Notes: a model not told the origin generated them from the sequence alone. 64,000 nt of DNA from Squalus acanthias (GCA_030390025.1 CM059431.1:156428001-156492000), one strand, 5' to 3'; shown: positions 13,092-26,598, numbered from the stretch's first letter. Program-made: numbers and translations.

Positions 13092-15957
13092 GTGAGGAAC
13101 AAAAAACAAAGGGCCAAACTAATTCATAAAAAATGTGAGCATAAAAAAAGCCTGAGGGTTTTATACCTTAATGCGAGAAGCATCAGGAACAAGGTAGATG
13201 AATTAGCTGTGGAAATAGAGGTTAATAATTATGATCTAATTGGGATTATGGAAACATGGTTGCAGGGTGAGCAGGGCTGGGAGCTTAACATACAGGGGTA
13301 TTCAGTATTTAGGAAAGATCGACAAAAAAGAAAGGGAGGAGGGGTAGCATTGCTGGTAAAAGAGGGGATAAATGCAATTGAAAGGAAGGATATTAACTCA
13401 GTTAATACAGAATCTATATGGGTGGAGCTAAGAAATAGCGAGGGGCGAAAAACATTAATAGGAGTGGTATATAGGCCTCCAAATAGTAAAATAGAGGTTG
13501 GGGAGGGTATCACGAGGGAAATTAGAGAAGCGTGCAATAAGAGCACAGCTGTCATCATAGGTGACTTTAACTTTCATATAGATTGGACTATCCTAATCAG
13601 TAAAAATAATGAGGAGGAGGAATTCCTTGAGTGTTTAAGGGATGGTTATCTGGATCAATATGTCGAGGAACCAACTCGGGAACAGGCTATATTGGACTGG
13701 GTACTGTGCAATGAGAAGGGACTAATTAGTAATCTTTTTGTACGGGGACCCTTGGGTCAGAGCGATCATAACATGATCGATTTCTCACTCGAAATGGAGA
13801 GCGAAGAAATTGACTCAGAGACTAAGGTCCTGAATTTAAACAAGGGGAATTATGATGCCATTAGACGGGAACTGAGTAGGTCTGATTGGACAACGTTCCT
13901 GGGAGGACTGGAGGTAGATAAACAATGGCAAGCATTTAAAGATAGAATGACAAAATTGCAAAAATTGTTTATACCAATCTGGCATAAAAGGAAATCTAAA
14001 AAGGTGACTCAACCGTGGATAACAGGGGAAATTAGAGACAGCATAAAATCCAAAGATAGGGCGTATAAAATAGCCAAAAAAAGCGCCAGAGCGGAAGATT
14101 GGGAACAGTTTAAGATAGAGCAAAGGAGGACAAAGGGCTTAATCAAGAGGGGCAAAATAGCTTACGAAAGCAAGCTGGCGGAAAATATAAAAACTAACTC
14201 CAAAAGCTTTTATAAGTATATCAAGAGGAAAAGACTGGTGAAAACCAAAGTTGGTCCATTGCAGTCAGATACGGGGGAATATATAACGGGAAATAAGGAA
14301 ATGGCAGACCAACTAAATACATACTTTGGGTCAGTCTTTACGAAGGAAGACACAAAAAACCTCCCTGGGATATCGGGAAAAATAGGGACATTGGCAAAGG
14401 AGGAACTGACGCAATTCAATATCTCTAAGGATATGGTGTTAAGGAAGCTAAAGGGATTGAAGGCAGACAAATCCCCAGGGCCTGATAACATGCATCCTAG
14501 GGTACTGAAGGAGGTGGCCCTAGAGATAGCGGATGCACTAAGTATGATTTTTCAGAATTCATTAGACTCGGGAAAAGTGCCCATGGATTGGAGGGTAGCT
14601 AACGTTACCCCACTATTCAAAAAGTGGGGTAGGGAAAAAGCAGGTAATTACAGACCTGTAAGCCTTACATCAGTTGTGGGCAAAATGCTGGAGTCCATCA
14701 TTAAGGATGAAATAGCGGAGCACTTAGCAAATGGGGACAGGATAGGACAGAGTCAACATGGATTTACAAAGGGTAAATCGTGCTTGACTAATCTATTGGA
14801 ATTTTTTGAGGGAGTAACTGGTAAAATAGATGGGGGAGAGCCAGTAGATGTGGTGTACCTGGACTTCCAAAAGGCCTTCGATAAGGTCCCACATAAAAGA
14901 TTAGCATGGAAAATTGAAGCTCATGGGATAAAGGGGAAAGTATTGACGTGGATAGAGAACTGGCTGTCAGATAGAAAACAGAGTTGGAATAAACGGCTCA
15001 TTTTCTGAATGGCAGGCAGTAACAAGTGGGGTACCGCAGGGATCTGTCCTGGGTCCCCAGCTGTTCACAATTTACATTAATGACCTGGATCAGGGAGTCG
15101 GATGCAGCATTTCCAAATTTGCAGACGACACTAAACTAGGAGGGGGGGTGGGCTCAGAGGAGGAGACCAGGAAGCTCCAGAGCGATTTGGACAGACTGGG
15201 TGATTGGGCGGATAAATGGCAGATGCACTATAATGTGGACAAGTGCGAAGTTATCCACCTTGGGTGCAGGAACGGGAGGGCAAATTATTATTTAAATAGC
15301 AATAAATTGGGAGAGGGGGAAGTACAGAGAGACCTGGGTGTTCTTGTACACCAGTCACTGAAGGCGAGCATGCAGGTGCAACAGGCGGTCAAGAAGGCAA
15401 ACGGTATGCTGGCCTTCATAGCAAAAGGGTTGGAATACAGGAACAGGGATACCTTGCTGCAGCTGTACAGGGCACTGGTGAGACCACACCTCGAGTACTG
15501 TGTACAGTTTTGGTCGCCTCATCTGAGGAAAGATGTTCTTGCCATGGAGGGGGTGCAGCGGCGATTCACCAGGCTGATACCTGGAATGGCGGGATTGACC
15601 TATGAGGAGAGACTATGTAGTTTAGGGATGTACACACTGGAGTTTAGAAGATTGAGAGGGGACCTCATAGAAGTGTATAAAATTCTGACAGGTCTAGACA
15701 GACTAGATGCAGAAGGAATGTTTCCCTTGGCGGGTGAGAACAGAACTAGAGGACATAATTTAAGGATAAGGGCTAAACCATTTAGGACAGAAATGAGGGG
15801 GAATTTCTTCACTCAGAGGGTGGTGAACCTGTGGAACTCATTGCCACAGAGGGCAGTGTACACCAGCTCATTAAATATATTTAAGAGGGAATTAGATATA
15901 TTTCTACAGGCAAAAGGGGTTAAGGGTTACGGAGAGAAGGCGGGGACGGGATACTGA
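13092..15957 (+). pseudogene. CR1 ORF2 (APE endonuclease plus reverse transcriptase), one frameshift near 14975-14985
   Basis: YLNARSI, ETW, VYRPP, GDFN, SDH (APE); KSPGPD, NYRPVSL, QHGF, LDFQKAFD, then [10 protein letters not shown] and FADD in another frame continuing into ORF 15148..15957. Confidence 0.93.
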
Positions 15958-17677
15958 ATTGAAGGATCAGCCATGATCTCATTAAATGGCGGAGCAGGCT
16001 CGAAGGGCCGGATGGCCTACTCCTGCTCCTATCTTCTATGTAATCTATGTAATCCAGAATCCCTCTCTTGTGTAATTAAATCAGCACTCCATTGAAAACG
16101 TCGTGCATTTTAATATTACTTTACAGGATTCTTCAATTAGATGATTTTGTAATATATTAAAAAGCTTCTGTCTCTACACACCTACATTATACATTCAGAT
16201 GTCCACATTTCTAATTGATATTGTGGATCAAGTTCTTATGCGTTAATTACAAACTCCGAACATTGGCGGAGCTGCATCGACTATAAATATCATTGTCCAG
16301 CTCCGTGCCGCGAAATCGCATGACCTGAACTGAACTCTACTTACCTGTAAGCTAAATTGTCAAATGCTTTGTTAATATGTAGCACAAGTAATAGCGATAC
16401 AAAATATTAATGTAATATATAGGACGGAATGAATGCCTTTAAAATTGGAATATAATTATTTCTGCCCACCCCTGGTAATAACTCCTCTTCAATTCTGGAC
16501 ATCCCATTCTTGGAAATATTCTTCCTCTGAATCACAAAGTACAGGTTTCGAACACTGATCGCAGCGAGCTGAAACCAAAGCTGCGGCACTGAATTCTGCG
16601 ATAATAACCAGCGGCATACTCACCTATGGTGGGTGTAGATTGCCCACTCCTCCTGAGCGTATCGGTCATCGGAGCCCTTAAAACCTACCGACCTCTAGTA
16701 TCTAACGGCTCTAATCGCAGGTATTAAGATGGTTATGGATATTGATGGAGTATTCCATTGAAGCCTGTCAGGCTGTAACTTCACCCTGAAACCTTCGACA
16801 ACTTCAGCCACAAAATCAAGAATTCACCTGATTTTGACTAGACATAATCTTCTCTATGATTCCTATCTCATTTTCCACCAACTTTTTCATGTATAATTTC
16901 TTGAGCAGTCATGTGCAGCATAATCATTAATGTAATTTTTCACGCTTTAATATTGTCCTGCAGCCAGTGCTGATGCCAGAGCAACTCGTTTTTGCATCGC
17001 CCGGATATTAAGCCTGATCAGCGGAAAAACTGGTTGCTGCACCAACTCTCTTTCGCCAATCGCAATATTGCTGTGTGAGTAGATATTTAGCAATCAGTAA
17101 AATCAAGGTGTTTTTAAGCTGTTTTCAATAAAACGAGGATATAGCATGTTATAATCACAAATAAATTGATACGTAAATGAGAGACAATCATGACGACAGA
17201 TTATGTGTTTCTGATAGCTGGGAACGCGCAAAGGGGTAAGAAATTTAATATTTTCTTTTGCATATATAGATCAGGGTAGTATAGGACAAATCAGATGAAG
17301 TTGTTGGGAATATCTGAGGTAATTCTGATTCGGAAATTACTTGTGCTTCGTGATTTATCAATGTTAAAAGTCAATTAAATTCCTGTCTTACTTGGCTAAT
17401 TCTACCTGAGAACAAGATGGAAAATACTTTCCGAATACTAAGGATATATTGAATGATTGTTGAGATAAGATATAACGAAGTAAATTTGAAATCGCTCCTT
17501 TAACTTGGTTGGAGTTACATTATTAGGGGACACTTCATCAGTTGTAGGTATCAGTTAGAATTATATGTTTTCGATTTTAAGGTAAGTTTATTATTTGTTT
17601 TTTTCATTAAAATATATTTCATCAAAGTTGTATACATATATGGCACGGTATGTGAAACAATATATTGGAGAATTCAC

Positions 17678-19565
17678 AGAATCATAAATACTTTCAGCAC
17701 AGAAGGGGAACTGTCAGACGACCGTGCCTGTGCCGGCTCTTTGAAAGAACTGTCCAATTTAGTTCCACAACCCAGATTTTTCCGCATAATCCTGCAAATT
17801 GGTCCTCTTCAAATACAAGTCCAATTGGCTTTTGAAAGTACCTATGTCATTTGATTCCACCAACCTTTCAGTTAGTGCATTCTGGATAATAAAATTCCTA
17901 GAGAGAAATAATTTATCCTCATTTCCTGTCTTGTTCGTTTGCAAATTATTTTAAAAAGACGATGTCTGCTCATCAAACTACTTGCTATACCAAAACCCGT
18001 CAGAATTTTGATTACTTCTAGTAGGTTTCCCTTTAGCATTCTCTGCTCTAAGGAGTACAATCATAAATTCACCAAACTTTCCACATAACTGAAGTCCCTC
18101 CACCCTGGTATCTTTCTGATAAACTTCCTCTGTAACCTCTCCAAGGCCTTAAAATCCTGCCGAAAATTTTGTCCCCAGAATTGTGCACAGTGCTCATGCC
18201 TATCCCTAACCAATTATTTGCATTACTTCCTTGTTTTGTATTCAATGTCCCTCTTTACAAAGCCCAGTACCACATAGGCTTTCTTAACTTAACGTTCCCT
18301 GGCTGTTTTAGGAATTGTGATTTTGTACCCCTTGTCCCTCTGCTCTCGCGCCGTTTATATTATACATCTTGTTCGTCCCAATTGTATCACGTCACACTTA
18401 TCCGCAGTAACTTGCATCGGCCGTGTGTCAGCTCATTGCACCAGTCTGTACATGTCCTTCTGACGTCTTCTACTATCTTGTTCAGTACGTAATACGTTGC
18501 CTAGTTTTGTATCACCCTCCAACTTCACAACCGTATTAAATATACCCAAATCCAGGTCATGCATGTATAACAATAAACACAATGGTCCTAATAACAATCC
18601 CTGGGGTCTTCACTGCATATTTACATCCAATCAGAAGAACAGCCGTTCACCACTAATCTCTAACTCCTATCTCTTAGTCAATTAGGTACCACATTTACCA
18701 CTGGCCCTTTAACACCATTTGTTTCTGTTTACCGAATAAGTCTGTTTTGTGGTACTTTATCACATTTCTTTTGATAGTGAATAGGCACATCTACTGTTAG
18801 ACTGATTCGCCTATAGATACTAGGATTATCCATCTCCCATTTTTTTAACAGGGGTGTAACATTTACAAACCTCCAGTCCTCTGGCAGCACTCCCATTTCG
18901 AAGCAGGTGTGACAGATTGAGGTTAAAGGTTCCTGTATCTCCACCCTCGCTTCCCTCGCAACATAGGATGCGTCCCACGTGGTCCGCGTGACTTGTTAAC
19001 TTTGAGTGATGCCAACCTATCTGGCACCTACTTTCTATCTATATTTGTCCTTCACACTTTATCAACTCCCCTCCTCTACTGCAACATTAATTGGCCCCAC
19101 CATTCAATTAACTATCTGTTTACTTTTTATCAGTTTATAAAGATGTTTCTTGGTTCCATTTTATGTCACCCGCTAATCTTGTCTTACCATCTCTTTAACC
19201 TGCTTACATCTGTTTCTTCAATTTATTCCTGCATTGTCTATATTCTGTCTGTTTTTTTACAGAAAGCTGTACCTGATATTTGTCATAAACCTCCACTTTC
19301 TGTTCTATTTTGAAGTCTATTTCCTTTGTCATCCGGGAGCTTTAGCTTCCGAAGTCCTACCTTTCCTCCTTATGTGAGTGTGCTTTATTTGTACCCTTTA
19401 TATATACCTGCCACGAAGGCCTGCTATTGCTAATTTACTGTTTTCCTGGCCAATCTTTGTTTCCAGTCAAGCTCTGCTCGATCCCTTCTCAAATCAATGA
19501 ACTTGGTTCTGACCAAGGTGGGTATTTTCACCTTTGCGTTCCATTTGACCCTTTCCACAACAATT
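17678..19565 (-). mobile_element. Old, heavily deleted CR1 fragment with 3' end
   Basis: ORF pieces YSLEQRMLKGNLLEVIKILTG and GVLPEDWRFVNVTPLLKK..YRRISLT. Confidence 0.75.
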
Positions 19566-20136
19566 TTAAACATAGGAACATAAAATATAAAAGAGTTTCT
19601 TTCGAAGAGGTATCAAATCTCGCCACAGCAATTAATTAAGAAAGGGAACAATATGTTCTAATAAATCTTGTTACCCAATGCTGTAAAAAAATAATGCAAA
19701 TTAATCGATAATATTGTCACATCGATCCCAGAGACGTCAGTGAGGGAAGCAGTGGGCCTTTATAATAACTGAGCTCCCCTCTCCCTTGAATGTACAGAGA
19801 AGGCTAGCAGGGCGATTAATGCGGGTAAAACCCGACACACTTGTGGCATTGATAGTAATCAGTGCGAGGTTTTGTTTTAATAGAATCCTTTCATTATTTG
19901 GCTATAGGCTCACGCTCCCAGTATCGCTATGTTGAATGTTGAGACGGCGCCCCCGGCCCCATCAGTCTGTAGCCGTGAGTTTAAATCCCCCCGACATTAC
20001 ACAGTCCTACTGAGTGCATTGTTTTCGTCTGAGAACGTTCCGACAACGTGTTAAAGATTGGCCTGATTGTATAGAGTATAACCGGAAAAAATAATTGAAA
20101 TATTTACATAAAACAGTCTTCATTATAAACAATCCT

Positions 20137-20224
20137 TCATTCTTTATTTACAGTGAAATTATCCTTTATATTGATTGAGGTCAGAATTTGTTCATCTTCT
20201 GCAATGTGCTGATTGAGCATCAAC
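20137..20224 (-). CDS. NLR probable terminal coding exon
   Basis: ttttttttcag|G TTG ATG CTC AAT..GAA TGA; LMLNQHIAEDEQILTSINIKDNFTVNKE*; AATAAA overlaps the last codons. Confidence 0.65.
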
Positions 20225-20469
20225 CTGAAAAAAATATTAAGATAACCAAAAAATATTATCAATAATGAGTACTCTGTTGCCTGTGAGTAGCGATCTTGTT
20301 ACATTCATTAAAAAAAAACGTTTTTACTCGCATGATGGAAACAAATTCTGCAGAAAATAATGAGTTTATTTATTTTCCATTAAAAGTTCAGTGATTAGGT
20401 AAAAATATGATATTATATTTTAAACGTGAAAGAACATTTAAATAATAAAAATTTAACACGCAAACTCAC

Positions 20470-20661
20470 CTGATTTCCTTGAGATTCGCTCTACTCTGGA
20501 TGAGACGGCGCAATGCCGGAACAGAATTGTTAGTCAATCTGTTGGCCTGTTCGTCATCCTCAATATCGTTACTCAGGTCCAGTTCCATCAGTGAAAGGTT
20601 TACACGGAGAGCAGAGTCAAGAATTTCCACACAATCATCTGTGAGACCATTAGATTTTAAC
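20470..20661 (-). CDS. NLR LRR exon (192 nt, two repeats)
   Basis: ctgcag|G TTA AAA..ATC AG|gtgagt; LKSNGLTDDCVEILDSALRVNLSLMELDLSNDIEDDEQANRLTNNSVPALRRLIQSRANLKEI. Confidence 0.88.
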
Positions 20662-20933
20662 CTGCAGTGATCGAAAAATAAACAGAGATTATATAAAAAA
20701 CACACAGTCACGTTAAATTTTCGCCACTTCCAAATAATTACTTTGGAATTCCTAAATGATGTGTAGAATCCTGTTCCTGATGTATGCACGACTTTCCCCT
20801 TTCTAAATGACTTCGGTGTTAAGATAAATTGAATAGTGAGATTCACTGATCATCATTAACACCATAATTAGTATTATTATACATAGATAACTCTCTAGTA
20901 GTGCTGTTCGATATTTTTTTCAAAATTACTCAC

Positions 20934-21020
20934 TCCAGTCTCTGTATTTTACAATCATTGTTCTTTAGAACGGCAGAGAGCCGTTTCACTCCCGAATCTC
21001 CCAGTTTATTATCATTGAGT
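20934..21020 (-). CDS. NLR LRR exon (87 nt, ribonuclease-inhibitor-type repeat)
   Basis: ttttag|A CTC AAT..CTG GA|gtgagt; LNDNKLGDSGVKRLSAVLKNNDCKIQRL. Confidence 0.92.
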
Positions 21021-21894
21021 CTAAAAACAAATAAACAAAATCATTAATGAATATGCAATAAAGCATCAGACAGGAAATATTGTCAATTAAGTAATATATT
21101 TAACGTGGGACACGTTGGACTTCCAAGTATATAAAACACATTATTCAAATTCAATTCTATGTTTTGCATTAAGTTAATTGCATACAGGAGATGTGGTAAA
21201 ATCAATGGCTACCAGAGAGTGTGGTTGCTTAACTCCGAAGTTAGTCTAATGCCCGTGCTCAATTTTAACCATATATTATAAAACGGTTACATGTAAAGTT
21301 GGCGTTGAGTAGTTGACAGTTTACATGCTTTAACGTGGTGATCTGAAACGAAGAGGAATCCCGGACAAAATTACTCTCACAGGACAATTATCTTCATTAA
21401 AAGGAGAATTTAGGGTAAATTAGGGACCGTCCCTCCGACCTTGTCTCTATTTGAGGAAAGTTATCTATGTGACGCACTGAGGTTCAAAATGCACTGAAAT
21501 CATTCTCAAGTCGATTGGAGAATCCAATGACGTGGATTGTAACAGATCGCTCGAATGTGCATCAGAACAGGTGGAGAGACATTCCCTCTCATTTTTCATC
21601 TCTCCCGACCTCTGATGATGCCTTGGAACAGCAGTGCCGCTAGAAAGAGCACTCAGAAGTTGAGGAATGGCAGACACGAACCCACATGGAACTGTCACAG
21701 TTGGTATCATTGTGCTCAACAACAACGTTATTAGTTCCGAAAATCCGATCGTATCGAAGAATTGGTAACTTTCTAACGGTACATCTAAAACTTGCTTGTA
21801 AATTAATCAAACTTTGTTTACAGTTTCAAAAAAAGATAATTTTTTTCTTCCTGATTATGTTCCAGTGGCAAACGTGTCGTTAACCAGTGGACGC

Positions 21895-22172
21895 AGACTG
21901 AAGATCTGATAAAAAGTCACATGAGAGATGAGGGAAAAAAAATCGTCAACAAGTTATGAGGATCCGAAATGCACTGCCTGAAAGGCTGGCGGAAGCATAT
22001 TCAACATACCGTTCAAAAGGCAATTGGATAAATACTTGAAGGAGATAAAATTACAGGGCAATGGAGAAAGAGCATGGGAGTGGGACTAATTGGATAGCTC
22101 TTTCGTAAAACCAGAACAGGCAAGTGGGGCTGAACGGCCTCCTTCTGTGCTGTAAGATTCTGTGATTCTGTG
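21895..22172 (+). mobile_element. CR1 3'-end fragment in NLR intron
   Basis: GAGATGAGGGAAAA..AATGCACTGCCTGAAAGG..TTCAAAAGGCAATTGGATAAATACTTGAAG and GGCCTCCTTCTGTGCTGTAAGATTCTGTGATTCTGTGA tail. Confidence 0.75.
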
Positions 22173-22523
22173 AAATTATGTTATATCCAAATACAAATCT
22201 AATATATGGTGACTAAGAGGATAGCTCACTGAATAATCCAGAATCCCCCGTGGTGCGAAAAGTGCGCAACTTTCGGATGTAATGTTGTCAACACTCAATC
22301 TGATTTAATAAAATGAGCACCAAAGCTTTTTCAGGTATTACCAGAACAGACACTCCGCTGCCGTCTCTTACCGTCCCTTTTAGCACAGCAGATAATTAAA
22401 TGAGAGAATGTGCCCATTAATTGATCGAATTCAGTATATGTTTTTGCCATTAAGTAATATTATGCCACATGCCTGTAAAACAGTTATTGTTCATAATGTT
22501 ATTTATCGATTTTGATGAATTAC

Positions 22524-24228
22524 CTGAGTATTTTACATTTGTGCAGCACGGGCTCCAGCTGATGGATGCCTTCATCTTGTACACCACAACTACAGAGATT
22601 CAGCTCTTCCAAGACTTCAACGGCCATTAATACGCTTGAAAGGACTGCACAGTCAGAAGATTTAAGAGGACACTGTGTGAATTTCATTGTCTTCATCGGT
22701 GTTAATGCGGCCTTCATCTGTTTTAAGTCGCCAAATTCAAGAAAATAATGTAATATCTTGAAGAATGTCCTTTGGCTGTTCCCATCTTCCAAGTTCTGAA
22801 CATATCTTCTGATATTTTCTGTGAGCCAATCCGACACACACTGGAATGCTTCAGAAGGAAATTTCCCCAAATTTCTTTCAAGCTGAAAGGTTGAATTCCT
22901 TGAGGAAAGACCAACAAGAAACCGTGAAAATGTTTCAAATCTGTCGTCAGTGCACGCGTTCCATTCTTTGAGCAATCGTGTCAGGTCAATTCCTGGTGTG
23001 CTTAGGTATTTCATGAGTGCAGCGACAAAGTCCTGCATACCGGAGTGAGTGAATGTGTAGACAACACTGCAGAGGCTTTCGTCTCGAATCTCCATCATAA
23101 ACGCAGAGATAAAATTGGAAAGTTCGAGTCCGTGGTAATTGATTTGTTCTTTCTTGAAAACAACGTTTTTGTTGCAAAGTCCCTTGTACGCTAACTCGCC
23201 CAGTTTCAGCACCGTGTCGTGAGAGGTTTTCGCGTCACAGCCACATCTCTCCAAAAGGATTGTGACGTACGCGGAGAACACCTGTGTGCTGGTTATGATG
23301 GACAATGGTCTCTCCCGCGCTCCTTGTGCCCGGTGTGACTCTAATAATGAAGCGAGGACCGAGCAGTACAGAGGATTATAGCACATGGTGTAGATTGTGT
23401 CATTCTGCTCAATGTACTCTATTACATCTGTCGCAAACTGCTCATCTCCAAAATAACGGCGAAAATATTGTTTTATTGTATCAGGGGTGAAACCCAGGAT
23501 TTCTACCGTTGGAATTATGTTTGCCTTTTCCAGATACTCCAGCTTCCACGGCCGACTTGTGATCAGTACTGAGCAGCCCTTGAGCAGTTCCCCCTGTATG
23601 AGGCAGCGCACGATGTGTGACACATCACAGCAGCACTCGGGATCGAAACGCTGATATTGGGGGTCGTTTTTTCTCTGAAGATCTGTGAAATCGATGGGTT
23701 GCCGAAATTCATCTAAATCATCAAACATGAACAATATTTTTCCGGGTTCTTTCCACAGAAGTCCCAACTCAGTTTCGAAATCGGGGTAGGAATCCAGGAT
23801 CAGGCTTTTTAGAGATGTTTTTCCTTTTATTAAATTCAATTGTTGAACTTTAAAAGGAAAGACAACTTTAAACTGTTGGTATTATTTCCCTGCGGCCCAG
23901 TCACTGATTATCTTTTGTATCATGGTGCTTTTCCCAATCCCTGCGGCCCCAATTACCGCAGTTGTCCCTGTCCTGCCTGATTTAGCGAAACTCAGCAACT
24001 GATCCAGTTCATTCACGATGTTTTTCCTCTGTAATTCTTCACGCTCTCTACCTGGGGGCTTCAGTTCATTTTCTACTTGTCTCAGCTCACGCAGGGAAGC
24101 AACAATCGTTGCATTAGTATATTTTTCATCCAGAGAAAATCTTTGAAATCTTTTTTTTCCTTCAGTGCTTTTGACTGTTATTTTCTCGTTCTGTTTGCGG
24201 AGAAAGTCTTTGTGCTGTCGTTCTATCC
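22524..24228 (-). CDS. NLR large exon: FISNA-like linker, NACHT, winged helix/HD2 and first LRR
   Basis: Walker A GAAGIGKS (23950-23927), Walker B LFMFDDLDE, sensor-1 VLITSRP, CYNP, FTHSGMQDFVAA, FLVGL, LEELNLCSCGV; ORF 22520..23839; stop codon at 23884-23882. Confidence 0.93.
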
Positions 24229-25101
24229 CTTGAATATGAACAACGTCATTGGTGTAGTCATTGCAAATAAGGAGGTAAATATTTAACAGATCAGTTCTAT
24301 AATGAAGAATCTAATCGTCAAAAAATATAAAAAATATCTAAAATATCTCAACGATGAGTGATTCCTTAATTAATTTACAGTTTATTGCAATAGACAGTCA
24401 TAGAATAAAAAACAGTAGCATTTCTAAAGTACCTGGAAAATGTAACATGTAGCAAGCTTGAGGATTTGCTGCTGGATTTTCAACTTCTGGTAATGAAGAT
24501 TTCTAAACTTCGATATAAATTGCAAAGTACATGTTGCTGGTATTTTATGTTCACAGGTCAATTTGAGTTAGGAGCGACTCCTGCTTTCGTCGTGCAACAA
24601 ACAATGTTGGGGACACGCGGGTCTGGCCAGAAAACGAGTTCGTTCATTATATTCTAACCCCGGGGATTCCATTTGTTCTGATTCTGCTGTTCAATGCTTT
24701 AACCGTTAGACACATTTTAGTGGCCAGCGGAGCCCGCAGGAGACTCCGGGGTCAGAGTAGTGAGGAGAATCGCAGAGACCCAGAGATGGAAAGCCGAAAG
24801 AAATCCATCATTTTACTGCCTGTTATGTCGGGAAATTACATATTATTATGGACTCTCTTTATGGTGCATTATATTTGGTGGCAAATGTGGTTTTTTTTGC
24901 GTTTCAGTCTGTATTAATACCTAGTTATTTTACAAGAAGTTTGCTATTATTTTCTATATATATCTACACAAACACAAAAATATTTACATGCACATATACA
25001 TAAAATACAGATGTAAACATACATTGGTATCAATATATGAATTTACCATATTTTAAAGCGCAGTGGAGATTTCTTACACCCATAGATACTAATAATGTCA
25101 A

Positions 25102-25712
25102 TGGTGAAACCTCCGCTCTAAATAGCTAAACGAATTATGAGACCAGCGCATGACACAAACGACATCAAGTCAGGCCGGCTGGTATTCAGTTCCATTGGTC
25201 AATGGAAAGCAACATCGTACTGAGTGCATAACGGGAGTCAGATGTAATACCGCCCGTTTTGCTTCCCCGCCCAATTCAATTTTCACCCACATGATGTTAA
25301 ACTAACCAATTTCACAATAAGGCACAATCAGTCAGCTTCCCTATATACACTGCCACGTTGATGCATGAACAATTTGCATTTCGATAAGTTTACTGAAATA
25401 TGGCATGCAAATTTTGCGATGTCAATAACGTTTTGGGAAACACGTCGAAATAATCCGTTGTGACCTCATTATATTTTATCTCATTGTTTGGTTATATTGT
25501 AATTATACATTTGTCAAATATAATTGATACGGGGTGAAATTGGCCATGGGCGGGGGACGCAAAACAAGTGGTATTGCATCGACCGCCTGTTATAAGCTTC
25601 GCTCAATATTCAGATCCATTGACTTTAATAGAACGGATAATCTGCCGTGTGTTAATACGGTCGGAAATGCGATTAAGCCTGTTTTGCGTCCCTGCTCCTG
25701 ACGTACTTCACC
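25102..25712. mobile_element. Two short degenerate palindromic MITE-like elements (~25102-25290 and ~25531-25712)
   Basis: GGTGAAA...TTCACC ends, central TCCATTG-nn-(T)CAATGGAA dyad, internal GGGACGCAAAAC/GTTTTGCGTCCC inverted pair in the second. Confidence 0.55.
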
Positions 25713-25800
25713 ATCATAAAATTTAAGTTCAAATCAATTTCTCGTCATAAATAATAAACATTGTTATTTTGACTGTAAATTAGATTCGGATACCACCTAC

Positions 25801-25999
25801 CTTCTAGGTATTTTTTTCCCTCTGTATCTCTGTTCTGCATCTCTAACAATATCGCTTTCAATTTGGGGTTTGTTTCCTGCAGTTGAAAAAAAATGCTCCT
25901 AATGTCTCTTTCGCTCCGATCTCCCTTTTCCAGCACGGCTTTGAAAATGAATTGGGAGGCATCGTTTCTGCGTTGACTTTCAGCTAAAGTTGTGATTGT
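25801..25999 (-). CDS. NLR N-terminal domain exon B
   Basis: ttttag|ACA ATC..CTA GAA G|gtaggt; TITTLAESQRRNDASQFIFKAVLEKGDRSERDIRSIFFQLQETNPKLKAILLEMQNRDTEGKKYLE; 199 nt, phase 0 to 1. Confidence 0.78.
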
Positions 26000-26159
26000 C
26001 TAAAAATAAAATATATTGCAATCATATATAGCGAAGTAATTTTCGTTATCGGAAAGGAAGCGTTTTTTTTCTCAGAATCGGGTGTTAATGCAGAAAACAT
26101 TTAAAGGCATCATTAGTCAGACGGAGGGCGTGAAATACATTGCAAATTAAGTAGAAACT

Positions 26160-26500
26160 ATAATAACTCACGTAGCAGAGCGTCCCAAGGCGCTTCAGAG
26201 GATTATTACCAAACAACATTTAACATCAAGCCTCAGAGCTAGATATTCGGACAGATGAAAGAAGCTTGGACATAGAGATAAATTTTAAAGAGAGTCTTAG
26301 AGAAGAGAGATTTAGAGATTCAGAGAGGTTTAGGGACGGAATTCCAGAACTTAGGGTCTAAACCGCTGAATGCACGGCAGGCAATGGTGGAGTTATGAAA
26401 ATGGAGGATGCACAAGAGGCCTGAATCGGACGAGCGCCGGGATCTCGACAGGATTCTAGGATTGGAAAAAGATTACAGAAATAGAAAGGGCCAGCGTTGA
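26160..26500 (-). mobile_element. L2-type LINE 3' fragment
   Basis: CCCAAGGCGCTTCA..AGAGAGGTTTAGGGACGGAATTCCAGAACTTAGGG is the reverse complement of sequence like 46370-46570. Confidence 0.6.
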
Positions 26501-26598
26501 GTCACCCAGGTCGCCTGTATTTTCTGTCATTATATCCAGGCACATTATCTCCCAATCCTGACGTTATATAAGGCACGTCGATCACATCTTTATATCAC

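Larger units (their letters stand above)
12093..16054 (+). mobile_element. Near full-length CR1 (HER1-like) LINE
   Basis: ORF1 plus ORF2 plus 3' UTR stem-loop and (TATGTAATC) tail; only two frameshifts apparent. Confidence 0.95.
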
